From positions 3,008,001-3,072,000 of the forward strand of contig OZ271918.1 of the NCBI GenBank assembly GCA_965602015.1: 64,000 nt of DNA, written 5' to 3'. This stretch comes from Salinispira sp. GTDB lineage: Bacteria; Spirochaetota; Spirochaetia; DSM-27196; Salinispiraceae. Shown here in pieces: positions 56,901-64,000 of the stretch (position 1 is its first letter; each line of letters opens with the position of its first letter). The notes beneath the pieces are model-generated. The model did not search any database. It had not been told where the DNA came from and worked only from the letters and a program-made list of their open reading frames with translations. The translations under genes and the position numbers were made by a program.

Positions 56901-57688
56901 CAAATCGGGACAATGAAAACCAGCTGTACACCCGGGTTTTTCGGGAAATGGTAAAAGATCTCAACGACTTCACCAGCGAAGGCCAGGCCTACCGGGTAGA
57001 TATGCGGCTCAGGCCGTACGGAGCCTCGGGCCCCCTTGTGTCTTCCCTGAGCTCGGCATTTTCCTACTATCAGAAGCAAGCCGAACCCTGGGAATTCCAG
57101 GCCCTGGTAAAGCTCAAACCCGTCGCGGGAAACCTGGTTCTGGGTGAACGGTTCCTGGAGAACCTCAAACCGGTGTTCGACAACGTTTGGGAAGTACACG
57201 ATCCCAGAGAAAACATCAGGAAGATGCGGGAAAAAAGCATTGCCCATCATGTGGGGGGCAGTGGATCGGATCTTAACGATCGGGACGCCGACATCATGGC
57301 GGGATTCGATGTGAAGAATGATCGCGGAGGCATCAGGGACATTGAGTTTTTCATCCAGGGGAAGCAGATGCTGCACAGCGCCGACTACCCGGCGGTACTG
57401 ACGGGGAACAGTCTCCGGGGCCTTCAGCTTTTGCTGCGGGCCGACCTTATTTCCTCCGAGCTCGCCGCCAGATTAAGCGAGTACTACCGTTTTTTCAGAA
57501 AGGTTGAGCATTATCTGCAACTCGCCCAGAATCGCCAGGAGCACCGTCTGCCGGACAAGCAAGAGGATCGGGCGAAACTCGCCCGCTGCATCCAGCCTCA
57601 AAGCACGACAGAGGGTTTTTTCCGATACTTCAGCTCCGCCCTCAAGGAAGTCCACGCGGTGTACCGGGGCTTTATCAGTCAGTCCTGA
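53915..57688 (+). CDS. glnE: Glutamine synthetase adenylyltransferase/deadenylase with N-terminal ACT domains
   Basis: Two nucleotidyltransferase domains (GKLGGQAMGYASDLE...VDLRLRPHG; GKLGGWELNYSSDID...VDMRLRPYG) preceded by ACT-like segments. Confidence 0.9.
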   Translation: MRETLVDEILAIHPEHSREKLQLILAAFSHAKTERLPRRDLAEIIHYAASITPANPVRCLLRRDSGHQDGPTSIYVIGHDHAMLFSILTGALASAGFDIRRGSLITSERIGGKRLIIDHFSGNLPRKTDSPSWFQGFTKTMEDMYFILEKGGSPEQKQELIQQRIIEMVSTSLEQRSTPKDSLLNPINLRIEQKPDSTLIEIKSSDTPLFLFSLSSVLSLHRLRIEQVNIETKNGRLIDSIEFTDNRGNPITSEKKLNRIKLSILISKQFTYFLDQAPDPTKALTRFDDLIQDVRQLKAGEDIRQMLASPEFHGELARLLGTSDFIWEDFIRIQRDSILPMLKNVNRSRLLSFEPEEMADALTRHLENFDGPDLERELNAFKNRQSFLIDMDHILVRDLDFFFLSRRLSALADAVINAACEIAYRNCVDLYGVPRTAGGLEPHWAVFGLGKLGGQAMGYASDLELLFIYSDSGKSDGSKALANRDFFEKMFKRAAGLISAKKEGIFQVDLRLRPHGEDGPVAVKLDKFQAYYGEDGKAHSAERLALVRLRRIGGEQRLGEEILSIRDHIVYESDSIDLPELRDLRRIQLEEKLEEGRINAKFSPGGLVDLEYNVQILQVIHGRGHPHIRGPGIHTALHELQRLGTIDRDESLAMIQAYRFHRNLINGLRMLRGNADDLFLPDAAQREFRHLARRIGYRRNGELSESDQLKIDFETHSAKVRQFVERHLGRDAIPGDRRMTVVDLVLGATIDDESPGEFTALFASSGFSEPRKAQVNLKRIAEGLGSQSDFIRLIILAWERICRSADPDMALNNWEQFVANLSDPQEHILQLLSQPRRMDILYQLLASSQYLADTLIQNPGFFLWATDPMVVNRPRTQIDMEETLAAEAASAVDRLDWQNRIRLMRKREILRIGVRDIALGVKIEEIMGEISFLARGCCEVSLKEAWRREQQKSPEQDIKSASQRVSVLAFGKLGGWELNYSSDIDLLCVYDADPHANRDNENQLYTRVFREMVKDLNDFTSEGQAYRVDMRLRPYGASGPLVSSLSSAFSYYQKQAEPWEFQALVKLKPVAGNLVLGERFLENLKPVFDNVWEVHDPRENIRKMREKSIAHHVGGSGSDLNDRDADIMAGFDVKNDRGGIRDIEFFIQGKQMLHSADYPAVLTGNSLRGLQLLLRADLISSELAARLSEYYRFFRKVEHYLQLAQNRQEHRLPDKQEDRAKLARCIQPQSTTEGFFRYFSSALKEVHAVYRGFISQS

Positions 57689-57819
57689 TAAAAAGAGAAT
57701 CTATCAGAATGTCTTACCTTTTATGGGAATATCCTTTTAAATAGTCGAAAAGTTGAAAGATTGGTAACAGATTCAGGGTTTTGCCATGTTCTATACGTAG
57801 ATTCACTCGGGAGAATGGT

Positions 57820-58293
57820 TTGCAGATCGATATCGAAAAATACTATTCAACATACGCGCCGATGGTGTACCGCCGATGTCTGGCAATCGTCAAAAACGAC
57901 GATGCGGCATCGGACATCATGCAGGACGTGTTTGTTAATCTTCTACGATTCCAGGAGCGCCTGGAACACAAGGGACCGTCCAGCTTGTTGTACACAATGG
58001 CGACCAACTTGAGTCTCAATTACCTTCGTTCACAAAAGTTGAGGCAGTACACTCCGGTCGATGAATATGATCCGGGTTGGAGCGATCCCAGCGGTGAGAC
58101 CATTCTCGCCAGGCACTTTCTCGACCGTCTTTTCTCGATCGAGGATGAGAAGACTCAGACCATTGCCTGGCTGCATTATGTCGACCGCTTCACCCTGGAA
58201 GAAACCGCAGAACAGGTCGGCATGTCGGTATCAGGCATCCGAAAACGTCTGAGAAAGCTCCAGAGCCGGGGCAAATCCCTGAAGGAGGCCTAG
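57820..58293 (+). CDS. ECF RNA polymerase sigma factor
   Basis: Region 2 DAASDIMQDVFVNL...LYTMATNLSLNYLR, region 4 TLEETAEQVGMSVSGIRKRL. TTG 57820 follows GGGAGA. Confidence 0.93.
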   Translation: MQIDIEKYYSTYAPMVYRRCLAIVKNDDAASDIMQDVFVNLLRFQERLEHKGPSSLLYTMATNLSLNYLRSQKLRQYTPVDEYDPGWSDPSGETILARHFLDRLFSIEDEKTQTIAWLHYVDRFTLEETAEQVGMSVSGIRKRLRKLQSRGKSLKEA

Positions 58294-58299
58294 GAAACG

Positions 58300-59190
58300 A
58301 TGAAAGCCCAGACTGACCACATTAACGATTTGTATTATGAACAGGCAGCCGTGGATGAGTTGCCCGGCAAGGTACTCGACCGCTTAAAGGAGCAGCCTTC
58401 CTTCAGCGCTGAAGAATTTGAACGGCGGGTTGGCGAACTCCGTGAGGAAAACCGTCAGTTCCACCGGCGCAAAGACAGCCGAAAAATACTTGAGGCAATC
58501 AGGTCCCGGGCCTTTGCCGACGCTCATGACGAAAATCGCGTTTCGGTATTCGCCGATGAGTTTAAGCGCCGCGATGATGCTTCCGACGCAGCTCCCCGGC
58601 AATCAAAATTTCGTATTGCCGGTATGCCCCGCTGGGGAGCCGCCCTGGCGGCCGCCCTACCGGTATTTTTGGCCATCGGCATCATAATGCGGATGGGCAT
58701 CCCCGCAGGCCCAGAAATTCCCGGCGATATCGAGCCCGGCATCCGCACCAAGGGGCTAGAACCCCGGATATTCGTCTATCGCGATATGGGTGACGGCCAG
58801 GCTGAACTCCTGCAGGACAGCACCCAGGTACAGGAAAACGACAGGCTGCAGATTTCCTACCTGGCGGCCGGTATGAACTACGGCGCCATCCTCTCGATTG
58901 ACGGCTCATCGGTGATTACCCTTCATTATCCCGAAAATTCCAATATGCTCCCTCGATTACAACCCAGAGATGAGGTATATCTACCATATGGTTATCTGCT
59001 TGACGATGCGCCGGATTTCGAACGATTCTTTTTCGTAACCTCCAATGAAGCATTTGACGTCAGAGAGCTTATGGCCAGCCTCACCCCTCAATTACGGAGC
59101 AATGCATGGGCAGAACAGGGCACCCTGGAAATCCCGGGAGACTTTAAAGTCCATCGTATCAATCTGGTTAAACCCCGGGCACAACGTTAG
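58300..59190 (+). CDS. Putative membrane-spanning anti-sigma factor with extracytoplasmic Ig-like (DUF4384/ActD-like) domain
   Basis: Directly after the sigma gene; cytoplasmic N-terminus, one TM (WGAALAAALPVFLAIGII), RTKG, then ENDRLQISY...SIDGSSVITLHYP...LDDAPDFERFF. Confidence 0.75.
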   Translation: MKAQTDHINDLYYEQAAVDELPGKVLDRLKEQPSFSAEEFERRVGELREENRQFHRRKDSRKILEAIRSRAFADAHDENRVSVFADEFKRRDDASDAAPRQSKFRIAGMPRWGAALAAALPVFLAIGIIMRMGIPAGPEIPGDIEPGIRTKGLEPRIFVYRDMGDGQAELLQDSTQVQENDRLQISYLAAGMNYGAILSIDGSSVITLHYPENSNMLPRLQPRDEVYLPYGYLLDDAPDFERFFFVTSNEAFDVRELMASLTPQLRSNAWAEQGTLEIPGDFKVHRINLVKPRAQR

Positions 59191-59199
59191 GAGGCAGAA

Positions 59200-61812
59200 A
59201 TGAAAATAAATAAAATACTGCCCATACTTTTTATACTATTATCGGTTAGCATTGCAGCGGTCGCCCAAAGCGGCCCTAGCGAACCTCAGGGTGTGCGTCG
59301 ATTCGGTCTGTTTGTCGGTGTAAACGACGGTGGCAGCACTCGTCAGCAGCTGCGCTGGGCGGTAAGCGATGCCCGCAAACTCAGCGAAGTGATGTCGGAA
59401 GTGGGCGGAATACTGCCCGGCGATGCCCTCGTACTTGAAGATCCGGGCACTCGCAGCATTGCATCGGGATTCGACAGGGTTAACCGGCTCATCGAAATTG
59501 AAGAAGCCAATGCTCGCCGTGTCGAGTTTGTCTTTTACTATAGCGGACATTCCGATGAAACCGGTTTGCTTTTGGGCGATGATCACATGGCCTACAGCGA
59601 CCTGAGAGAGGCGATACAATCGGTAAATGCCGATGTCCGCGTAGCGATTCTCGACTCATGCGCCTCAGGGGCGTTTACCCGCTCCAAGGGCGGGGAACGA
59701 ACGCAGCCCTTCCTCATCGGCGACAGTTCGGATATGACCGGCCATGCTTTTCTCACCTCCAGCTCGGAGGATGAGCTGGCTCAGGAATCCGACAGGCTGG
59801 CGGCATCGTATTTTACGCACTTTATGATTTCCGGCCTTCGCGGCGCGGCGGACCATTCCGGAGACCGGAAGGTTACCCTAAACGAAGCTTACGAATACGC
59901 GTTCAACGAGACCCTCTCGGTTACCAGTAGCAGCGTCGCCGGCCCCCAGCATCCGTCATACAATATTGAACTCAGCGGTTCCGGGGACCTGGTCCTCACC
60001 GATCTGAGCAACCCGATTAGCTCACTGGTTCTCGACAGCGATCTGGCAGGACGGATGTTTATAAAGGACGGTCGGGGGAATATAATTGCCGAGGTCAATA
60101 AAGCTCCCGACAAGCTCATCGAAATCGCCCTCGATCCGGGCCTCTACTCTGTAGAGCTCAACGCCGCTAACGGCGGGTTTTACCAGTACCAGTTCAACCT
60201 CTCATACCGGAGTCAGCGTTTACTGGGCATGCGCGATATGAATCCCATTCAGCCAATCGCCAATCGAACCCGGGGCGGCAGCCCTATCGAACCCTTCCTT
60301 CAAAATCAGGACAGCGCTTCCGCAGAAAACCGGGAAGTGGAAGACGGCACCCTGGACGGACCGGAAGAGCCCGCAGCAGATATTGGGGGGCAGGAACTGC
60401 CTGACAGCTCCGATAGCGGCGAGGCGAATGACTTTTTTATCAATGAAGACGATTTTTTTACCGACGAAGAGGATTTCTTCTCGGATGAATCGGACTTTTT
60501 CGACGATCCCTTCTTTGCCGATGAAGGTGAACAGCCGGCCCGGGATCTGGTACCCGGCAGCGAAAATTCGAGCATCACCGATGCGCGGCCTGAGCAGGAT
60601 AAAATACCGTCGAACAACAGCGGATTAAAGCGGGAGGAGCCCCTAAGTGCCGATCCCCAGCAGTCGCCGGCATTTCGCTATGAGCCGTTTTACGCCACAG
60701 TAGTTCCCGGCATAAGCATTCCCTGGGGCGACGGAAGCGGTATGCACAATAACGTCGCCGTTTCCCCGCTCATTCTTGAAACCGGGATGATTACCGGCTC
60801 AGCGATGAGCGGCATTGTCAGCACTCATGAGGGCAGGGTCATCGGGGCTTCCTTCGCGGGAATCGGAATAGAATTCCGCGACAATCTGGTAGGCGCGGGT
60901 TTCGGCGGGATTTACACCATCGCTTCGGGTCGGGTATTCGGCGCACAGCTGGCCGGGGTGTTCAACATCGCCTCTGAACCGTCCGTAACATTCCAGGCAG
61001 CCGGAGTATTTAATATCGCCGAGGAGCCGATCAGCGGAGCGCAAATTTCCGGCGTGTTCAATGAGGCGGATCACAGAATCGACGGTGTGCAGCTCAGCGG
61101 TGTATTTAACGAAACCGGAACAGTGAACGGCGCTCAGATTGCTGGGGTATTCAACAACGCAGTACAGGTCAACGGGGCTCAGCTCGGTACGGTAAACATC
61201 ACCAAGAACGGCAACGGAGTACAGCTTGGTGTCGTTAACCTGGCCCGCGGCCGACTGAACGGCGTGCAGCTCGGTGTCATAAACGTCGCAGACGACCTGT
61301 ACGGCATTCCCATTGGTCTTATCAGCTGGGTCCGTCAGGGGATTCACGACATCAGCTACTGGACAGAAGACGAAACTACAAGCTTCGTCGGCACTGCCAA
61401 CGGCAGCAGGAATTTTTATGCCATACTCTATGCGGGAATAGACAACCAGGGAGAATTTGATCTGCTCCCTGAACTCACCGCTGGATTCGGATGGGGACTT
61501 CGGATCAGTCTCAAGCCGATATACTTCGATCTCGAGGCGACGGTTCGTCGGGGGACCCGGGGCGAAAGCGCCAACGACAGGATGGTCAGCCTGTTTGACC
61601 CGGAGAACCCTTACATCTATCCGACCGCGCGCTTCATGACCGGCCTTGAGTTCCTTGGGATTGGGTTCTTCCTCGGCTTGAGCATGGATCTCGAACTTGA
61701 GCAGTCCCTCACCGGCGGCCTCGTCAGATACAACGGCAAGGCGAGCGGTGCTCGGCCAATCGAAGGATTCGGAACGATACACCATCGGTTTATGTGGGGA
61801 GTCAGGCTATAA
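59200..61812 (+). CDS. Exported caspase-like (C14) protease with acidic linker, GxQ repeats and possible C-terminal beta-barrel
   Basis: Signal peptide; RFGLFVGVN, LRWAVSDA, YYSGHS (His117), ILDSCASG (Cys154), AQES...SYFTH...GLRGAAD. Confidence 0.9.
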   Translation: MKINKILPILFILLSVSIAAVAQSGPSEPQGVRRFGLFVGVNDGGSTRQQLRWAVSDARKLSEVMSEVGGILPGDALVLEDPGTRSIASGFDRVNRLIEIEEANARRVEFVFYYSGHSDETGLLLGDDHMAYSDLREAIQSVNADVRVAILDSCASGAFTRSKGGERTQPFLIGDSSDMTGHAFLTSSSEDELAQESDRLAASYFTHFMISGLRGAADHSGDRKVTLNEAYEYAFNETLSVTSSSVAGPQHPSYNIELSGSGDLVLTDLSNPISSLVLDSDLAGRMFIKDGRGNIIAEVNKAPDKLIEIALDPGLYSVELNAANGGFYQYQFNLSYRSQRLLGMRDMNPIQPIANRTRGGSPIEPFLQNQDSASAENREVEDGTLDGPEEPAADIGGQELPDSSDSGEANDFFINEDDFFTDEEDFFSDESDFFDDPFFADEGEQPARDLVPGSENSSITDARPEQDKIPSNNSGLKREEPLSADPQQSPAFRYEPFYATVVPGISIPWGDGSGMHNNVAVSPLILETGMITGSAMSGIVSTHEGRVIGASFAGIGIEFRDNLVGAGFGGIYTIASGRVFGAQLAGVFNIASEPSVTFQAAGVFNIAEEPISGAQISGVFNEADHRIDGVQLSGVFNETGTVNGAQIAGVFNNAVQVNGAQLGTVNITKNGNGVQLGVVNLARGRLNGVQLGVINVADDLYGIPIGLISWVRQGIHDISYWTEDETTSFVGTANGSRNFYAILYAGIDNQGEFDLLPELTAGFGWGLRISLKPIYFDLEATVRRGTRGESANDRMVSLFDPENPYIYPTARFMTGLEFLGIGFFLGLSMDLELEQSLTGGLVRYNGKASGARPIEGFGTIHHRFMWGVRL
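60430..60525 (+). repeat. Coding heptad repeat DFFxxEx, about 5 units
   Basis: DFFINED DFFTDEE DFFSDES DFFDDP FFADE; about 21-nt period. Confidence 0.8.
60790..61320 (+). repeat. Coding G-x-Q-x-x-G-V-F-N repeats, 12-15 aa (beta-solenoid-like)
   Basis: GAQLAGVFN, FQAAGVFN, GAQISGVFN, GVQLSGVFN, GAQIAGVFN, GAQLGTVN, GVQLGVVN, GVQLGVIN. Confidence 0.8.
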
Positions 61813-61839
61813 AGCCTTTAAGCAATCCCGGTTGAGAAT

Positions 61840-61880
61840 AAGCCCGGCGTGGCGCCGCATTGCCGCCACCGGGCTTTTTT
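61840..61880 (+). terminator. Intrinsic terminator after the caspase operon
   Basis: AGCCCGG(c)GTGGCG...CGCCACCGGGCT followed by a T tract. Confidence 0.75.
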
Positions 61881-62180
61881 ATGCCCGGAACAGGAATCAC
61901 GGGGCCAGGGTCTGAGCCTATTAGCGGACTGTCCTCATAGCTAAACAGGCCGTGGCCAGTTCTCGACACGCGAATCCCAACAGTCGACTCCATTCACACA
62001 GGGACCGGAATGTTGGCTCTCAACGGAAGTCTCTTAAAAGCCGGATATCACATGCAAGCTCTCGACGGGCCGCTCCCACAAACGAGCTCTCGACGGACCG
62101 CTTCCCGAAGCCGGTGCCACTCGCTCGGCATCAACGCAAATTGTGAAACGAAAAAAACCACAAGCTTCCAGGCACTCTAT

Positions 62181-62217
62181 AAAAAAAAGAGGCCGCCCGG
62201 CGGAGTACCGGACGGCC
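62181..62217 (-). terminator. Intrinsic terminator of glnA
   Basis: GGCCGTCCGG-loop-CCGGGCGGCC followed by TCT8. Confidence 0.85.
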
Positions 62218-62248
62218 AAACACATACAAAACCTTACAGGAGGTCAGG

Positions 62249-63652
62249 TTACACGTCGTAATAGAGCTCAAACTCGACGGGAGTCGGCTGGAGCTTCTGA
62301 ATTTCCACCTCTTCCTGGAGCCGGTAGTCGGTATAGGCTTCAATAAAGCCCTCATCGAATACGTCTCCGGCGGTGAGCCAGTCTTTGTCAGCCAGCATTT
62401 CCTTGATGGCCTCTTCCTGGGTTGCACAGGTGGAGGGAATGGATGCGGCTTCTTCCGCAGGAAGATCGTAGATATTCTTATCCAGAGCGGAACCAGGATC
62501 GATCTTGTTCTTGATTCCGTCTATCATGGCCATCGTCATGGCTGCAAAACCGAGATATGGGCTTCCTGAGCTGTCGCCGCAACGGAATTCGAAGCGTCGG
62601 GCATTATCGCCGGTGACATAGGGGATACGCACTGCCGCGGAGCGGTTCGTCGCCGAGTACGCCAGCTTAACCGGAGCTTCGTAACCGGGAACAAGCCGCT
62701 TATAGCTGTTACCCGTAGGATTGGTAAATGCCTGGATGGATCGGCCGTGCTTTAACAGTCCGCCGATGGCATACAATGCAGTCTCGGAGAGGTTTGCATA
62801 TTCATCCCCGGCGAAGGTGTTTTTTCCGTCCTTCCAGATAGAAGTGTGGACATGCATACCCGATCCATTATCTCCAAACATGGGCTTGGGCATAAACGTC
62901 GCGCTTTTTCCGTACTGATAGGCGGTATTCTTAACTGCATACTTGTATTTGTGAACCAGGTCGCCGGCTGTGATGATTTCACCGAACTTCACGCCGATCT
63001 CTCCCTGGGCTGTGGCCACTTCATGGTGGTGCAGGAACACGGTTAAGCCCATGGATTCCATGTTCGCCACAATGTCGCCGCGCAGATCCATCAGGGTGTC
63101 CTGGGGAGTGGCGGGGAAGTATCCCATTTTATGACGAATCTTGTGTCCGAGGTTAACCCCCTCGTTTCCGGCAGTCCAGGGACCTTCACCGGTTTCAACT
63201 TCGAAAAAGCTCGAGTTTGCGGAATTGCCGATGCGAACAGAATCAAATATGAAGAATTCCGGCTCGGGCCCGAAATATATGGTATCGCCAATTCCAAGAC
63301 TCTTCATGTATTCCTGGGCTCGGTAGGCGATGTTCCTGGGTGCCCGCTCATAGCGCTCGCCGGTCCGGGGCTCGTAGATATCGCCAAAAAGAACCAGAGT
63401 TTTTCGTTCTCGGAAGGGATCCACGAATGCTGAACTCAGGTCCGGCTTGAATACCATGTCCGATTTATCAATGCTCTTCCAGGCCCGAATGCTGGAACCG
63501 TCGAAGGGAATACCGTCGGTAAGCTGCTCTTCATCCATATTCTTTGCGACAAAGGTGGTGTGCTGAAGCATACCGAACATATCGCCGAACTGGAGATCCA
63601 GATACTCGATTCCTTCCTTCTTAATCATTTCAAGAATGGCTTTGGCTGACAT
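62249..63652 (-). CDS. glnA: Glutamine synthetase type I (beta, adenylylatable)
   Basis: FDGSSI, GPEPEFF, HHEVA, TFMPKP..DNGSGMHVH, SYKRLVPGYEAP, NRSA; adenylylation loop DKNIYDLP. Confidence 0.98.
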   Translation of the reverse strand: MSAKAILEMIKKEGIEYLDLQFGDMFGMLQHTTFVAKNMDEEQLTDGIPFDGSSIRAWKSIDKSDMVFKPDLSSAFVDPFRERKTLVLFGDIYEPRTGERYERAPRNIAYRAQEYMKSLGIGDTIYFGPEPEFFIFDSVRIGNSANSSFFEVETGEGPWTAGNEGVNLGHKIRHKMGYFPATPQDTLMDLRGDIVANMESMGLTVFLHHHEVATAQGEIGVKFGEIITAGDLVHKYKYAVKNTAYQYGKSATFMPKPMFGDNGSGMHVHTSIWKDGKNTFAGDEYANLSETALYAIGGLLKHGRSIQAFTNPTGNSYKRLVPGYEAPVKLAYSATNRSAAVRIPYVTGDNARRFEFRCGDSSGSPYLGFAAMTMAMIDGIKNKIDPGSALDKNIYDLPAEEAASIPSTCATQEEAIKEMLADKDWLTAGDVFDEGFIEAYTDYRLQEEVEIQKLQPTPVEFELYYDV

Positions 63653-63703
63653 GAAAACTCCTTTTTCGTAGCCCTTGGCTCTCGTTAATACAATTTCGTA
63701 GTA

Positions 63704-63732
63704 AATATAGTTGTGACCTTCTTTTTTGTAAA
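63704..63732 (-). promoter_or_regulatory. Probable sigma70 promoter of glnA
   Basis: TTTACA-N17-TATATT, about 50 nt upstream of the ATG. Confidence 0.5.
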
Positions 63733-63900
63733 GCTAGTACACCGTAAATTTGCAAGTAAATACGCTTTTTTTTCGATAATTATTCATAATTCCTGATCAG
63801 CGGGCAGCATAGATCATGTTTAGGTCCGCCCAGGGATATCCCCCGGAGTATCTGGATAAATCCTGTTAGATTTACTATCCTTCCTGCCACAGGAGAAACC

Positions 63901-64000
63901 ATGGCAAATATAAACTACATAAATTTTGACAAGACTGAATCGATTAAACGCTTACAAAAACTCACAGCCCCCCGGCTTCAGGATGTTTTGGACGCTGAGC
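63901..64000 (+). CDS. 5' end of a CDS, possibly spirochaetal glucose-6-phosphate isomerase (partial)
   Basis: AGGAGA RBS then MANINYINFDKTESIKRLQKLTAPRLQDVLDAE, reminiscent of the treponemal Pgi N-terminus; only 33 codons are visible. Confidence 0.45.
   Translation, partial: MANINYINFDKTESIKRLQKLTAPRLQDVLDAE

Noticed and set aside
57763..57793. GGTAAC...TGTTCTA as an autoregulatory ECF promoter
   Set aside because: The spacing is longer than typical ECF promoters and I found no second copy; it needs comparison with homologous loci.
1..64000. tRNA, rRNA, IS/transposase, integrase or prophage genes
   Set aside because: None recognised by eye; intergenic gaps are short and the long ORFs have other explanations. 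tRNAscan/Infernal would be needed to exclude small RNAs.

Overview
A densely coding bacterial chromosomal segment of moderately high GC content. Gene content suggests a free-living anaerobic spirochaete (fliS/flgN with sigma28 promoters, TPR-Mrr protein beside mnmE-mnmG-rsmG, Hsp70-SBD membrane protein, Treponema-like pgi start); this taxonomy is an inference. Housekeeping genes: 5' end of polA, fliS, PIN-PhoH, M20 amidohydrolase, XPB-like helicase plus partner, aroD-aroE fusion, ftsK, uppP, lytic transglycosylase, rsmG/mnmG/mnmE, alr, pepT, ACT-fused glnE, glnA and probably the start of pgi. Accessory blocks: (i) a tetrameric, probably electron-bifurcating [FeFe]-hydrogenase operon with a structured ~220-nt leader, divergent from an unusual Cys-insert Rex and a DRTGG/CBS-kinase/DRTGG/PHP module; (ii) duplicated HisKA_2 sensor kinases, one degenerate; (iii) a five-gene exported/lipoprotein cluster; (iv) an ECF sigma / membrane anti-sigma / exported caspase-like protease operon in which the protease and the anti-sigma share an R-[ST]-[KR]-G motif. 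Block (iv) is the best candidate for an undescribed proteolytic signalling system. Many genes have a sigma70 -10 box exactly 6 nt before ATG, implying leaderless mRNAs. I saw no CRISPR array, rRNA, tRNA or transposase. All calls are by eye, with no database searches.
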